In this document: positions 37,048 through 45,601 of the stretch, one piece after another
Layout of the letters: each line of letters starts with the position of its first letter
How positions within the stretch are numbered: the stretch's first letter is position 1
Assembly (NCBI GenBank): GCA_040752415.1
Contig: JBFMGU010000040.1
Span: 1-53,747 of the forward strand
Length of the DNA stretch: 53,747 bases
Origin: Myxococcota bacterium
Lineage (GTDB): Bacteria; Myxococcota; JACRCW01
Reading direction: 5' to 3'
Notes under the pieces: generated by a model
What the model was told of the DNA's origin: nothing
Databases searched by the model: none
The model's input: the letters and a program-made list of their open reading frames with translations, nothing else
Program-made: the position numbers and the translations under genes

Positions 37048-37072
37048 GCCTCGGGCGTTGGCAGGTTTTCCC

Positions 37073-37218
37073 TGCGTCGGGAGGTGGGGCTCCGTGGAGG
37101 TCACGGGAACGCTCTCTCGCCGGGCGCGGTGTCGACGGAGTCCGCGCGCTGGCTGGGGTGTGGAAGCGAATGTCCACCGTCGGTTCACACGGTTGGCCCC
37201 GGCGTAGGCGCAAATCGC
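37073..37218. repeat. Direct repeat copy B: displaced cysD 5' end and leader
   Basis: Encodes VTSTEPHLPT vs cys[11 protein letters not shown]; weaker similarity continues to ~37330. Confidence 0.92.
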
Positions 37219-37520
37219 CCTCGTCGCGATTCCACGCTCAAGGAGAAGGACGGGGTTGGTGACGAGCGCCGTGAAATTCCCGGCGCGCCCGCCGCTCCTC
37301 CTCGCGTGACGACGGCAGGAACGCCGCGAACCTGGAAGCCCACGGCACGGAGTCGCGCAGGGAACGCTCATGGGCGAGTCCATCCGCTGCGCGGGGTGTT
37401 CCCATGCCGTGCCGTCGCTCGCGAAGCCGCGGAGGACCGTCTTGGGTCACGCCGCGCCAGGCATATAATCCTCCATGTTTTCTAGCAGTTCCGCCGGATC
37501 TCTGAAGAACATTCTCCACT

Positions 37521-37547
37521 GGTCGAGCCGACACGGTCCCATTCGTC
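37521..37547 (+). promoter_or_regulatory. Putative ECF42-type promoter
   Basis: GGTCGA-N17-CGTC, same geometry as 38242-38268. Confidence 0.45.
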
Positions 37548-37625
37548 GCCTGCGTGAAAGCCGGGTTCCGCGAGGGGCGAGTGCCGTTCGCGAACGCGGC
37601 ATCCAACCCTCACGGAGAGTGAACG

Positions 37626-38189
37626 ATGAGACTCATCATCAAGATTGGAATCGGACTGGCGGCGGTGATGGCGGTGTTGCTGGGAGTGGTTTCCACGCGT
37701 CCAGACAGTTTTCGCGTCGAGCGGTCCACCACCGTCGCGGCGCCGGCGGACGTGGTGTTTGCGCAGGTGAATGACTTCCACGCCTGGAGCGCGTGGTCGC
37801 CGTATTTCAAGCTGGACCCGGCGCAGAAGCTCGGGTTCGACGGTGCACCGTCGGGCGTTGGTGCCATCCACAGCTGGCAGAGCGAGAAGGTGGGCGAGGG
37901 ACGCATGACCATCGTCGAGAGCCGGCCGAATGAGCGCGTGGCCACCCAACTCGAGTTCATCAAGCCCATGTCTTCCACCGCGCAGGCCGTCTTCACCTTC
38001 GCTCCCGCGCCAGGCGGCGTGACGGTGAGCTGGGCCATGGAAGGCAGGAACACCCTTCTGGGGAAGGTGTTCGCGCTCTTCGTCGACATGGATGAGCTGC
38101 TCGGGAAGGACTTCGAGCGGGGCCTGGCCGACCTCAAGACCGTGTCCGAGACCCGCGCCCGTGAGGCCAGGCTGGCCACCGCGCCTTGA
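37626..38189 (+). CDS. SRPBCC / polyketide cyclase family protein
   Basis: PDSFRVERS...VNDFHAWSAWSPY.KLDP...GVGA..SW...VGEGRMTI...GKDFERGLADLK. Confidence 0.92.
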   Translation: MRLIIKIGIGLAAVMAVLLGVVSTRPDSFRVERSTTVAAPADVVFAQVNDFHAWSAWSPYFKLDPAQKLGFDGAPSGVGAIHSWQSEKVGEGRMTIVESRPNERVATQLEFIKPMSSTAQAVFTFAPAPGGVTVSWAMEGRNTLLGKVFALFVDMDELLGKDFERGLADLKTVSETRAREARLATAP

Positions 38190-38241
38190 TCTCCCCGTGA
38201 TTTCCGGCCCTTGTCGATCTTCGAAAAAATCTTCAGGGGGC

Positions 38242-38268
38242 TGTCGATTCCGCCGGCCCCCGTTCGAC
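38242..38268 (+). promoter_or_regulatory. Putative ECF42-type promoter
   Basis: TGTCGA-N17-CGAC upstream of a DGPF protein gene, the known target class of ECF42. Confidence 0.6.
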
Positions 38269-38326
38269 GCATGGACAGAGGATGGGCTCACTGCTCAAAC
38301 CCGGTGACCCCCAAGGAGATACGACG

Positions 38327-38752
38327 ATGCGATTCATGGTGATCATGTACCCCGGCCCCGACGCGGAGAAGGGCGTGCTTCCCGACGAGAAGGTCCTGGC
38401 CGAGATGGGCAAGTTCAATGAGGAGATGGTGAGGGCCGGCGTGCTGCTGGCGGGTGAGGGGCTCAAGCCCTCGTCGCAGGGGGTGCGCATCCGCTTCCCC
38501 GCGAAGGGCAAGCCCCAGGTGCAGGACGGGCCGTTCACCGAGGCCAAGGAGATCGTCGGCGGGTTCTGGATGATCCAGGTGAAGTCCAAGGAGGAAGCGG
38601 TGGAGTGGATGAAGCGCTGTCCCTCCGTCGGCGGGGAGATGATCGAGCTTCGGCCGGTCTACGAGACGGAGGACTTCGCCGCCAGCGATCCCACCGGCGA
38701 GCTGCGTGCCGCCGAGGAGCGCCTGCGCAAGGAAGTGGCCGCCCGGCAGTAG
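38327..38752 (+). CDS. YciI / DGPF family protein
   Basis: MRFMV...AGVLLAGEGLKPSSQG...DGPFTEAKEIVGGFW; RBS AAGGAG. Confidence 0.93.
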   Translation: MRFMVIMYPGPDAEKGVLPDEKVLAEMGKFNEEMVRAGVLLAGEGLKPSSQGVRIRFPAKGKPQVQDGPFTEAKEIVGGFWMIQVKSKEEAVEWMKRCPSVGGEMIELRPVYETEDFAASDPTGELRAAEERLRKEVAARQ

Positions 38753-38819
38753 CGTTGCCAGCGGGTCCAGCGAACTCCACACATCAAGTCATGGGCCCCA
38801 CCGCCGGTGGGCCCTGCGC

Positions 38820-39305
38820 TCACGCCGCCCTGGCGCCGCCCGCCTCCAGGTCCACCACCGCCTGCACGATGCGCTGCACCTCGTGCGCATCCACGCCCTT
38901 GTCCAGCCGCGGCGTCACCCACGTGGCGGCGGAAGGCACGTCGTCAAACACGCTGACCGGGTAGCGGGGGCTGCTCATCAACTGCACGCTGCTGATGACG
39001 GTGCGCACGGTGGCGGCCCAGAACCCCGTCCCCATGATCACGTGCGCCTGGCACAGCATGGACGCATCCATGTCCTTGGCAATCCGCGCCGCCAGGGCGC
39101 GCTCCTCGGCGGGCAACGTGAGCATCTTGGCCGCCTTGCGGCTGATGGACACCACCGCCACCGGGCCCGCGCGCTGAACCCATTCCTTCTCCCGGTCCCA
39201 CACCCGCTGCAGGCGCGAGACCGTGACCGCGTCGGCGAAGAAGATGACGAACATGTTCCGCCATGCCGCCACCGCGAACCCCGGCTCACGCTCCAGCACT
39301 TCCAT
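38820..39305 (-). CDS. Myxobacterial STAS/SEC14-like hypothetical protein
   Basis: AHVIMGTGFWAATVRTVIS...PVSVFDDVPSAATWV; RBS GGAGG. Confidence 0.6.
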   Translation of the reverse strand: MEVLEREPGFAVAAWRNMFVIFFADAVTVSRLQRVWDREKEWVQRAGPVAVVSISRKAAKMLTLPAEERALAARIAKDMDASMLCQAHVIMGTGFWAATVRTVISSVQLMSSPRYPVSVFDDVPSAATWVTPRLDKGVDAHEVQRIVQAVVDLEAGGARAA

Positions 39306-39306
39306 G

Positions 39307-39711
39307 TCACGCCTCCCGGCCACGTCGACCGACGCGCTTGCGTGCCACACGTTTGCGCGCCGGTGACGCCGGGGCGGTACCCTCCAGCTCCTTGAGCAGC
39401 TTCGTCGGTGCGTAGAGCTTCCACGCCACCACCAGCCGCTCGCGCAGCGCGGGACGGCTCACCTTCTTCAGTCGGATCAACATGGCGGGCCAGCCCACGT
39501 AGTGGTCCGTCTGGAAGAACACGTCGGGCCGGGCGGCCAGGAGGATGTCCTTCTCCACCTCGGGCACCATCACCACCAACGTCTCACCGTCCTCCTTGAG
39601 GCGCGTGAACGACTTCCCTTTCACCTTCATGGCCGGCGTCCGGAACCAGATCCCCTCCTCCACGCCCGGCAGCTCCCGGCACAGTTCCTTCACCGTTTCC
39701 CACGTCAGCAT
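39307..39711 (-). CDS. MmcQ/YjbR family DNA-binding protein
   Basis: LPGVEEG.WF.TPA.KVKGK.F.RL...PDVFFQTDHYVGWPAMLIRL. Confidence 0.88.
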   Translation of the reverse strand: MLTWETVKELCRELPGVEEGIWFRTPAMKVKGKSFTRLKEDGETLVVMVPEVEKDILLAARPDVFFQTDHYVGWPAMLIRLKKVSRPALRERLVVAWKLYAPTKLLKELEGTAPASPARKRVARKRVGRRGREA

Positions 39712-39837
39712 CGCAAATCACCTCGAGCCCCGGCGCAGTCTCTCCTCCGACCACCGGGATGTCGAGGACCTGGTGGCGCCTTCGTACGGGTGTGTCCTTC
39801 ATCACGCCACCGCAGCGGCCGGACCTTGACGTCGGAT

Positions 39838-39857
39838 GATATATCGTACGATATATC
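39838..39857. promoter_or_regulatory. Perfect 20-bp palindrome, likely PadR operator
   Basis: GATATATCGTACGATATATC between TTGACG (39826-39831) and the PadR start. Confidence 0.8.
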
Positions 39858-39867
39858 GGGCGCCTGG

Positions 39868-40419
39868 ATGCGGAGGCTGCCGGTGCACCATCTCCGACGA
39901 AAGCTCGCCAAGCTCACCGACGCGCCCCTGGGACCGCGCGGCCGTTTCTTCGGTCCGGGGGAGATCCGCCTCGCGGTGCTGGCGCTGCTCCAGGAGCGGC
40001 CGAGCCACGGCTATGACCTGATGGTCCAGCTGGAGACGCGCTGCGGTGGCGCGTACCAGGCCAGCGCCGGCGCCATCTATCCCACGCTGCAGCAGCTGGA
40101 GGATGAAGGGCTGGTGAGGAGCAAGCCAACCGGCGGCAAGAAGGTCTACACGCTGAGCGCGGCGGGCCGGGCCCTGGTGACGTCGGAACGTGAGGTGGTG
40201 CAGGCCATCTGGCGGCGCGCGGAAACCTGGAGTGACTGGGGCATCCTGCGGGACCCGGACGCCGCGGAGATCATGGGCCCGGCGCTGCGGCTGGCGAAGG
40301 TGGCACTGAAGACGGTGGTGAAGTCGCGCGGGGATGGGGTGGTCATCCAGCACGTCCGCAACATCCTGGAGCGCGCCACCAACGAGCTGGAGCTCCTGCA
40401 GCGTGGGAGGCGGAAATGA
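39868..40419 (+). CDS. PadR family transcriptional regulator (YqjI-like)
   Basis: GEIRLAVLALLQERPSHGYDLM...GGAYQASAGAIYPTLQQLEDEG...KKVYTLS. Confidence 0.92.
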   Translation: MRRLPVHHLRRKLAKLTDAPLGPRGRFFGPGEIRLAVLALLQERPSHGYDLMVQLETRCGGAYQASAGAIYPTLQQLEDEGLVRSKPTGGKKVYTLSAAGRALVTSEREVVQAIWRRAETWSDWGILRDPDAAEIMGPALRLAKVALKTVVKSRGDGVVIQHVRNILERATNELELLQRGRRK

Positions 40420-40724
40420 GCGGGAAGAAGGAGTGCAAGGGAGCGGACATCGTGGTGCCGCGCGTGGACCTCAACCGCTGCGAGGGCAAGCATGACTGCG
40501 TGGATGTCTGTCCCCACAACGTCTTCCAGGTGCGCGTCCTGCCGGAAGCGGAGCGCGACCAGCTCACGCGACTGGGAAGGGTCAAGTCGTTCTTCCACGG
40601 GCACCGCAAGGCCTTCGTGGTGCATCCCGACCAATGTCACGCGTGCGGCAGCTGCGTGACGGCGTGTCCGGAGCACGCCATCACCCTGGTCTCGGCGAAG
40701 TCCGGAACGGAGGGCACGGCATGA
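40416..40724 (+). CDS. 4Fe-4S ferredoxin
   Basis: CEGKHDCVDVCP and CHACGSCVTACP; ATGA overlap. Confidence 0.92.
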   Translation: MSGKKECKGADIVVPRVDLNRCEGKHDCVDVCPHNVFQVRVLPEAERDQLTRLGRVKSFFHGHRKAFVVHPDQCHACGSCVTACPEHAITLVSAKSGTEGTA

Positions 40725-41398
40725 ACTCCACATTGGAGGATCCCCGCGTGTCGGCGACGCTGGACCGGCTGCACGGGAGAGCGCGCGGAGACTGGAAGCA
40801 CTTCGTGGCGACGACGCCGCGGATCCTGTGGAGCGTGCTCAAGGGCCAGGGGCTTCTGAGGGGCATCACCCCCGCGCATCTCAAGAGCGCGTACATCCCG
40901 GTGTCCCGCGAGGGCGGACGGTTTCTCTACAGCGCCACGCGCGCGGCCGGCGCCCGGACCGTGGTGGAGTTCGGCACCTCGTTCGGCATCTCGACGATCT
41001 ACCTGGCGGCCGCGGTGCGCGACAACGGCGGCGGCACGGTGTTCACCTGCGAGGTCGAGCCGAGCAAGTGCCAGGCGGCGCGGGAAAACTTCAAGGCCGC
41101 GGGCGTGGATGACGTGGTCACGCTGCTGGAAGGAGACGCGCTCACCACGCTGGAACAGGTGCCCGCCCCCGTGGACTTCGTGTTTCTCGACGGGTGGAAG
41201 CACCTGTACGTGCCAGTGCTGGAGCTGTTGAAAGCCCGGTTGCGCGCCGGCGCGGTGGTGCTGGCGGACAACACCAACCTCCCCGACCTGCGCCCCTACG
41301 TGTCCAAGGTGAATGCCGCCACCGAGCCCTTCGTGACCACCCGCCTCTTCGGCCGGAGCATGGCGTACTCCGTCTACACTGGTGTCACGGCGCGGTGA
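40721..41398 (+). CDS. Class I SAM-dependent O-methyltransferase
   Basis: VVEFGTSFGISTIYLAAA, LLEGDA, DFVFLDGWK..Y, ADN. Confidence 0.92.
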   Translation: MNSTLEDPRVSATLDRLHGRARGDWKHFVATTPRILWSVLKGQGLLRGITPAHLKSAYIPVSREGGRFLYSATRAAGARTVVEFGTSFGISTIYLAAAVRDNGGGTVFTCEVEPSKCQAARENFKAAGVDDVVTLLEGDALTTLEQVPAPVDFVFLDGWKHLYVPVLELLKARLRAGAVVLADNTNLPDLRPYVSKVNAATEPFVTTRLFGRSMAYSVYTGVTAR

Positions 41399-41468
41399 CG
41401 TCGCGGAGGCGCGAGCTTGGCGCCGCGTCGTGCGTCGCGATAATCAAGCACCGGAACGTGGGTGTGCC

Positions 41469-42521
41469 ATGAACGACGAAGAGCTGCGGCAGCGCGTCCC
41501 CCGCCTCGCGGGGCTGGCGCTCAAGAACAAGGGTTTCGTGTCGTCCCTGGACGTCATGATGGCGCTGGGTTGGTTGTCGGAGGAAGACCACCAGGCCTGG
41601 CGCAGGGGGCAGGTTCCCTACCTCGAGCGCGTGGTGAAGACGAACCTCGCCAAGATCACCACCGCCATGCGCGCCTTCCACGCGTGGGCCCAGCAATCGC
41701 AGCTCACGCCCAGCCCCACCGTCTATCAACACAAGAGCCATCACCTGCGCTTCAGCAAGTCCGGTGACGAGGGCATCGAACAGCGCTACCGCACGCACTA
41801 CCTGAAGCGCGGCGCCGTGGCGGACACCCCCAGACCCAGCGCGGGTACGTTTGAGCTGACCATCCACCTCGCCAACGGCAAGAACCCATGCAGCGAGTGC
41901 TCCCAGCCGCTGCTGCCGGGAAGCTTCATCCTCGTGGAGGACCGCAAGCCCGTCTGCCTTGACTGCGGCGACCTGGACCACCTCGTCTTCCTCGAGGCGG
42001 GCGACGCAGCCATGACCCGGCGCTCGCAGAAGTACAGCAAGCTGGCGGCGGTGGTGGTGAAATGGAGCCACGCGCGGAAACGCTACGAACGCCAGGGGAT
42101 CCTCGTCGAGGAAGCGGCGGTGAAGCGCGCCCGCATCGAGTGCGCGATGGATGCGGACGAGCGCGCGGCCCGCCGTGAGAAGGACGCCGAGCGTCGGGAG
42201 CGGGAGGATGAGCAGCTGGTCCAGCGGATGGCCGAAGCGATCCGGCAGCGCATGCCCGGCTGTCCCCGGGAGGAAGTGCTCCGCATTGCGCAACACACCG
42301 CCGTGCGCGGCAGCGGACGGGTGGGACGCTCCGAGGCGGGGCGCGCGTTGGATGAGCAGGCGCTGAAGCTGGCGGTCTACGCCCACATCCGCCACGCGCA
42401 CACCAACTACGACGAGCTGTTGATGCAGGGTGTTCCCCGCGCGGAGGCAAGGGAGTCGGTCCAAGGCAGGGTTGACGACGTCATGCAGCGTTGGCGCACC
42501 GGCCGCGCGGAGAATGGCTAA
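41469..42521 (+). CDS. DUF2293 domain protein
   Basis: CLDCGDLDHLVFLEAGDAAMTRR, RKRYERQG, HTAVRGSGRVGRS, AHIRHAHTNYDELL. Confidence 0.88.
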   Translation: MNDEELRQRVPRLAGLALKNKGFVSSLDVMMALGWLSEEDHQAWRRGQVPYLERVVKTNLAKITTAMRAFHAWAQQSQLTPSPTVYQHKSHHLRFSKSGDEGIEQRYRTHYLKRGAVADTPRPSAGTFELTIHLANGKNPCSECSQPLLPGSFILVEDRKPVCLDCGDLDHLVFLEAGDAAMTRRSQKYSKLAAVVVKWSHARKRYERQGILVEEAAVKRARIECAMDADERAARREKDAERREREDEQLVQRMAEAIRQRMPGCPREEVLRIAQHTAVRGSGRVGRSEAGRALDEQALKLAVYAHIRHAHTNYDELLMQGVPRAEARESVQGRVDDVMQRWRTGRAENG

Positions 42522-42600
42522 CCCGGCAGCCGGCGCGTCGCTGCGGCGCACCGGTCCACGCCGGAGGGCGGTGAAGCTCAGGCTAACCGGGCGAAGCCCC

Positions 42601-42936
42601 TCAGCTGCACTGGCAGGAATCCTTGGCGCCGCCGGCGGTGCTGTTGAACGTCTGCGCGTTGCCCTTGCCAATGGAGCTGCACATGTCGGCGCAGTGCGCG
42701 TCGGTCATGGTCCCCGAGCCGCCCGAGCAGAAGCAATTGGTTTCGTTGGACTGCACGTCCACGCTGGAGGAGGAGAAACCCTCCTGGGTGCACAGGTCGC
42801 TGCACGCGGTGGCGGGATCCTTGCTCTCTTCCTCCTCCTGCATGGGGTTGCAGGCCTGCAGCGACAACGCCAGGGCCGCGCCGGTGAAGAGGGAGCTGAT
42901 GGTCTTCCGGGAACGGGAGATGAAGGTCGTGTTCAT
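42601..42936 (-). CDS. Small lipoprotein with two tandem Cx3C...CxC (defensin-like) modules
   Basis: Lipobox LQA|C; CSDLC...CFC and CADMC...CQC. Confidence 0.75.
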   Translation of the reverse strand: MNTTFISRSRKTISSLFTGAALALSLQACNPMQEEEESKDPATACSDLCTQEGFSSSSVDVQSNETNCFCSGGSGTMTDAHCADMCSSIGKGNAQTFNSTAGGAKDSCQCS

Positions 42937-43223
42937 GGGCGCAGTACCTGCCACGGATTGCCCGGGCGCATCAACGGGTGATCCCGACAGCGTCGTCCCT
43001 TGGGTTGCCAAGCGTGACGGAGGACACGCTCCGCGTGCGCTGCGGCGCCAGATAATCCCGTGGGGAGGGACCATGCCCGATGGGTCCGCGCTGCGGGGTG
43101 CGTTCCACGCGAGCGCCATGCTTGTCGACGAGGGAGGCCCCGATGGCCCGCGGTGCGCTGGTTCCCATCCTGCTTGCAGCGTTTCCGCTCGGATTGGCCG
43201 TGACGCCCGTGGGGAAGTCTTTT

Positions 43224-43405
43224 GGTCGCGGAATCGCGGGCATCGCTGCACCACAGGAATCGAGCCGTCCATATCGCGCCCCCACGGGACACGGTTTGTC
43301 GAAGCGCGTTCAACGGACCGTGGCGCAGCCATTCTTGTCTGCGATTCCGCGGCCAGGGCCATCACTTCGCAGGCGTCACGGTCAGCCTCACGGGGAACCG
43401 CGGTA
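43224..43405 (+). repeat. REPIN-like dispersed repeat, copy 2 (left arm degenerate)
   Basis: CCGTGGCGCAGCCATTCTTGTCTGCGATTCCGCGGCCAGGGCCATCACTTCGCAGG, shared with copy 3 apart from a few substitutions. Confidence 0.88.
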
Positions 43406-43498
43406 CACGCAAGACTTGCCGCGGACCCCCTGGACTGGAATTTCCGGTAGTGGACGTTAGTGCGCGTTCGCGCAAACGATCGTTGACAGACCCAGGCA

Positions 43499-43636
43499 GG
43501 GCGGTTTAGGACGCGCCCAGTCATTCCTAAACGTTGCGATCCAGGCGTGACTGGCTCGCAACCCGCCCACCGGTGACACGGGTTTCCCCGTGGACGCGTG
43601 GTCTTGCGTCTTCCGGGCATGGGTGTGCCCTGGAAG
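43499..43636 (+). ncRNA. Candidate structured leader RNA (three-way junction plus three hairpins)
   Basis: GGGCGG/CCGCCC closing GTTTAGGA/TCCTAAAC and GTTGCGA/TCGCAAC; loops contain complementary CCAGTCA and TGACTGG; three further hairpins end just before the RBS. Confidence 0.35.
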
Positions 43637-43651
43637 CGCCCGAGGATCCAC

Positions 43652-44242
43652 ATGAAGCATCATCTTGTTGTTGTGCTGGCTCTCACCATCTGTACCGCGG
43701 CGACCTCCGCACGCGCCGACGCCCCCGCTGCGGCGCCGCCCACCACGGCCGCCCCGGCCGACGTCGAGGAAGAAGAAACCGTCCCGGAAACGCCGGCAAA
43801 GACGCAGCAGAAGCCCGCGGGTCGTTCCTGGGCCAGGAGCGTGCTGGACATCGGCCCGCCGGTGCTCCCGGCGCCCCGGACCGCCCTGGCCGCCGGCGCG
43901 TGGGGCCTGTTTGGCGCGGCGCTGTTCGGGGTGGTGGGCCTGGTGTTCGTCGGGTTGCCCACCATTGTCATCGTCTCGCTGGCTTATGGGACCTTCGTTG
44001 GCGGCATAAGCTTTCTCTACGGCCTGCTGCTGGGCGGCGGCAACGCCAATGGCCTGGCCGCGGGGGTGGCCGCCGGGATGTTCGGCTTTGGCGCGGGTGG
44101 TCTCTATGGGCTCGTGGTTTCCGTGCCCATGGCGTTCATCAGCGTCTACTCCGCCGTCCTCAACGGCGCCGCCACGATGACGAGCATCGGCGTGTTCCTG
44201 GACACGCTGGACCGGCTGGGACTCCACGCGCCGCGGGAATAG
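43652..44242 (+). CDS. Secreted/membrane protein with Gly-rich hydrophobic helices
   Basis: Signal peptide MKHHLVVVLALTICTAATSARA, Pro/Glu linker, long Gly-rich hydrophobic region. Confidence 0.7.
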   Translation: MKHHLVVVLALTICTAATSARADAPAAAPPTTAAPADVEEEETVPETPAKTQQKPAGRSWARSVLDIGPPVLPAPRTALAAGAWGLFGAALFGVVGLVFVGLPTIVIVSLAYGTFVGGISFLYGLLLGGGNANGLAAGVAAGMFGFGAGGLYGLVVSVPMAFISVYSAVLNGAATMTSIGVFLDTLDRLGLHAPRE

Positions 44243-44271
44243 CGCCCCCGCCCCACCCCTTCGCCACCGCG

Positions 44272-44736
44272 CTAATCCCTTGCCTGCTGGGCCGCCAGCC
44301 CTTCCGCCCAGGTCTTGAGCTGCGCGAGCTGCTGCTGCGAGAGGGCGGCCTCCGGGTGCATCAGGACATAGATTCCCGGCGGCATGTGACCCTCCTGGGT
44401 CTCCTCCACGATCTCCTCCAGCTTGTGCGCGAGGCGCTGCGGCGAATACTCGCCGAACTCCGAGAAGTTCAGCTCGGTCTTGCCCTCGCGCACGTCGTGG
44501 TCAATGAGCCACGCAATGGGCTGGATGCTCGCGTACCAGGGATATCTCGTCGTGTCGGAGTGGCAGTCGTAGCAGGCCGTCTCCAGGATGGTGCGCACCG
44601 CGGCGGGAACCTCGTGGGTGGCCATGAGATCCTCGGGGGAAGGCGCGGTGGCCACGTTGCGCTCGGGTTGGATGAGCTGCAGCAGCACCAGTCCCACCAC
44701 CACCACCGCCGCCAACACCTGCCAGGGTTGTTTCAT
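44272..44736 (-). CDS. Haem-binding domain protein (Haem_bd)
   Basis: ILETACYDCHSDTTRYPWY, LNFSEF, GHMPP..Y..MHPEA.LS. Confidence 0.92.
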   Translation of the reverse strand: MKQPWQVLAAVVVVGLVLLQLIQPERNVATAPSPEDLMATHEVPAAVRTILETACYDCHSDTTRYPWYASIQPIAWLIDHDVREGKTELNFSEFGEYSPQRLAHKLEEIVEETQEGHMPPGIYVLMHPEAALSQQQLAQLKTWAEGLAAQQARD

Positions 44737-44825
44737 CTCACCTGACCGCCGCTCCCGCCCGGGTCCGGGCCCATCTTCCCGCGCGCGCCGCCGCCCGTCC
44801 ACGGCGTGACGCGCTTATCCCGCGC

Positions 44826-45488
44826 TTAGCCGCCAACCGTGGGGCAGAGCTTCAGCAGGGGGCAGAGGTTGCACTGCGGCGCGCTGCGTCGACACACCTC
44901 CTGCCCATGTTGGCGCAACACCGCGTGGGCCCGGAGCTGCCAGGCGGCGTCGTCGGGAATCTCCGCGGCGGTGGCGCGGAGCGCGGACTGGTAGGTGGCC
45001 GCGTAGCTCTTGTGTTCCCTGCCAAATCCCAGCCGCACCAGCACCCGCAGCGCGTTGCTGTCCGGCGCCAGCCCCACCGCGCGGCCCGCGTGCAGGAGCA
45101 CCTTGTCCACGCCGGGGTCCCCCATGCCGGGAAAGCGCTTCAGGATCTTTCGCGCCCGGGCAGGCTCCTCGGTGTGCAGGCGCTCCAGCACGCGCGGCCC
45201 CACCTCCAGGGCCAGGCGCGCGCACTCCCGCAGCTTCTCGGCGCGCTGTCCGGGACGCATGCCGCCCTCGGCAATCACCTTGGCCAGCTTGTCCGGCGGG
45301 CAGGCCAGGATGCGCTCCGGGGTGATCCCCACCTGGTCCCGCAGCGCCCGGAAGGTGGCCGCGCGGCGCTCGTCGTCGACCAGGTAGGCCACGTTCTCGA
45401 GCACCAGCTGCTCGAACACGCCGCGCGCCGTCGGCCGCGCCACCTTGCGCCCCTCCAGCAGGGTCTCCACCATCTTCCGCAGCGTCAT
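44826..45488 (-). CDS. Endonuclease III-related HhH-GPD protein
   Basis: LKRFPGMG HhH, PDSNALRVLVRLG, HGQEVCRRSAPQCNLCPLLKLC Fe-S motif. Confidence 0.85.
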   Translation of the reverse strand: MTLRKMVETLLEGRKVARPTARGVFEQLVLENVAYLVDDERRAATFRALRDQVGITPERILACPPDKLAKVIAEGGMRPGQRAEKLRECARLALEVGPRVLERLHTEEPARARKILKRFPGMGDPGVDKVLLHAGRAVGLAPDSNALRVLVRLGFGREHKSYAATYQSALRATAAEIPDDAAWQLRAHAVLRQHGQEVCRRSAPQCNLCPLLKLCPTVGG

Positions 45489-45569
45489 GCGCTCCTCCCG
45501 CGTGCCAGCGGGTCCTTGATAGCCGCGCGGCGGGAGGATGTCTCATGGAGCGCCGTGACGCTGGAAAAG

Positions 45570-45601
45570 GAAGTCAGGAGTCAGAAGTCAGAAGTCAGAA
45601 G
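45570..45601. repeat. Heptamer tandem repeat (GAAGTCA)x4
   Basis: GAAGTCA GGAGTCA GAAGTCA GAAGTCA GAAG. Confidence 0.8.

Noticed and set aside
43499..43636. Possible SRP RNA Alu domain, purine riboswitch or ribozyme identity for the structured region
   Set aside because: It lacks the SRP S-domain GGAA loop, the purine aptamer junction residues and hammerhead/HDV cores; kept only as an unassigned candidate RNA.
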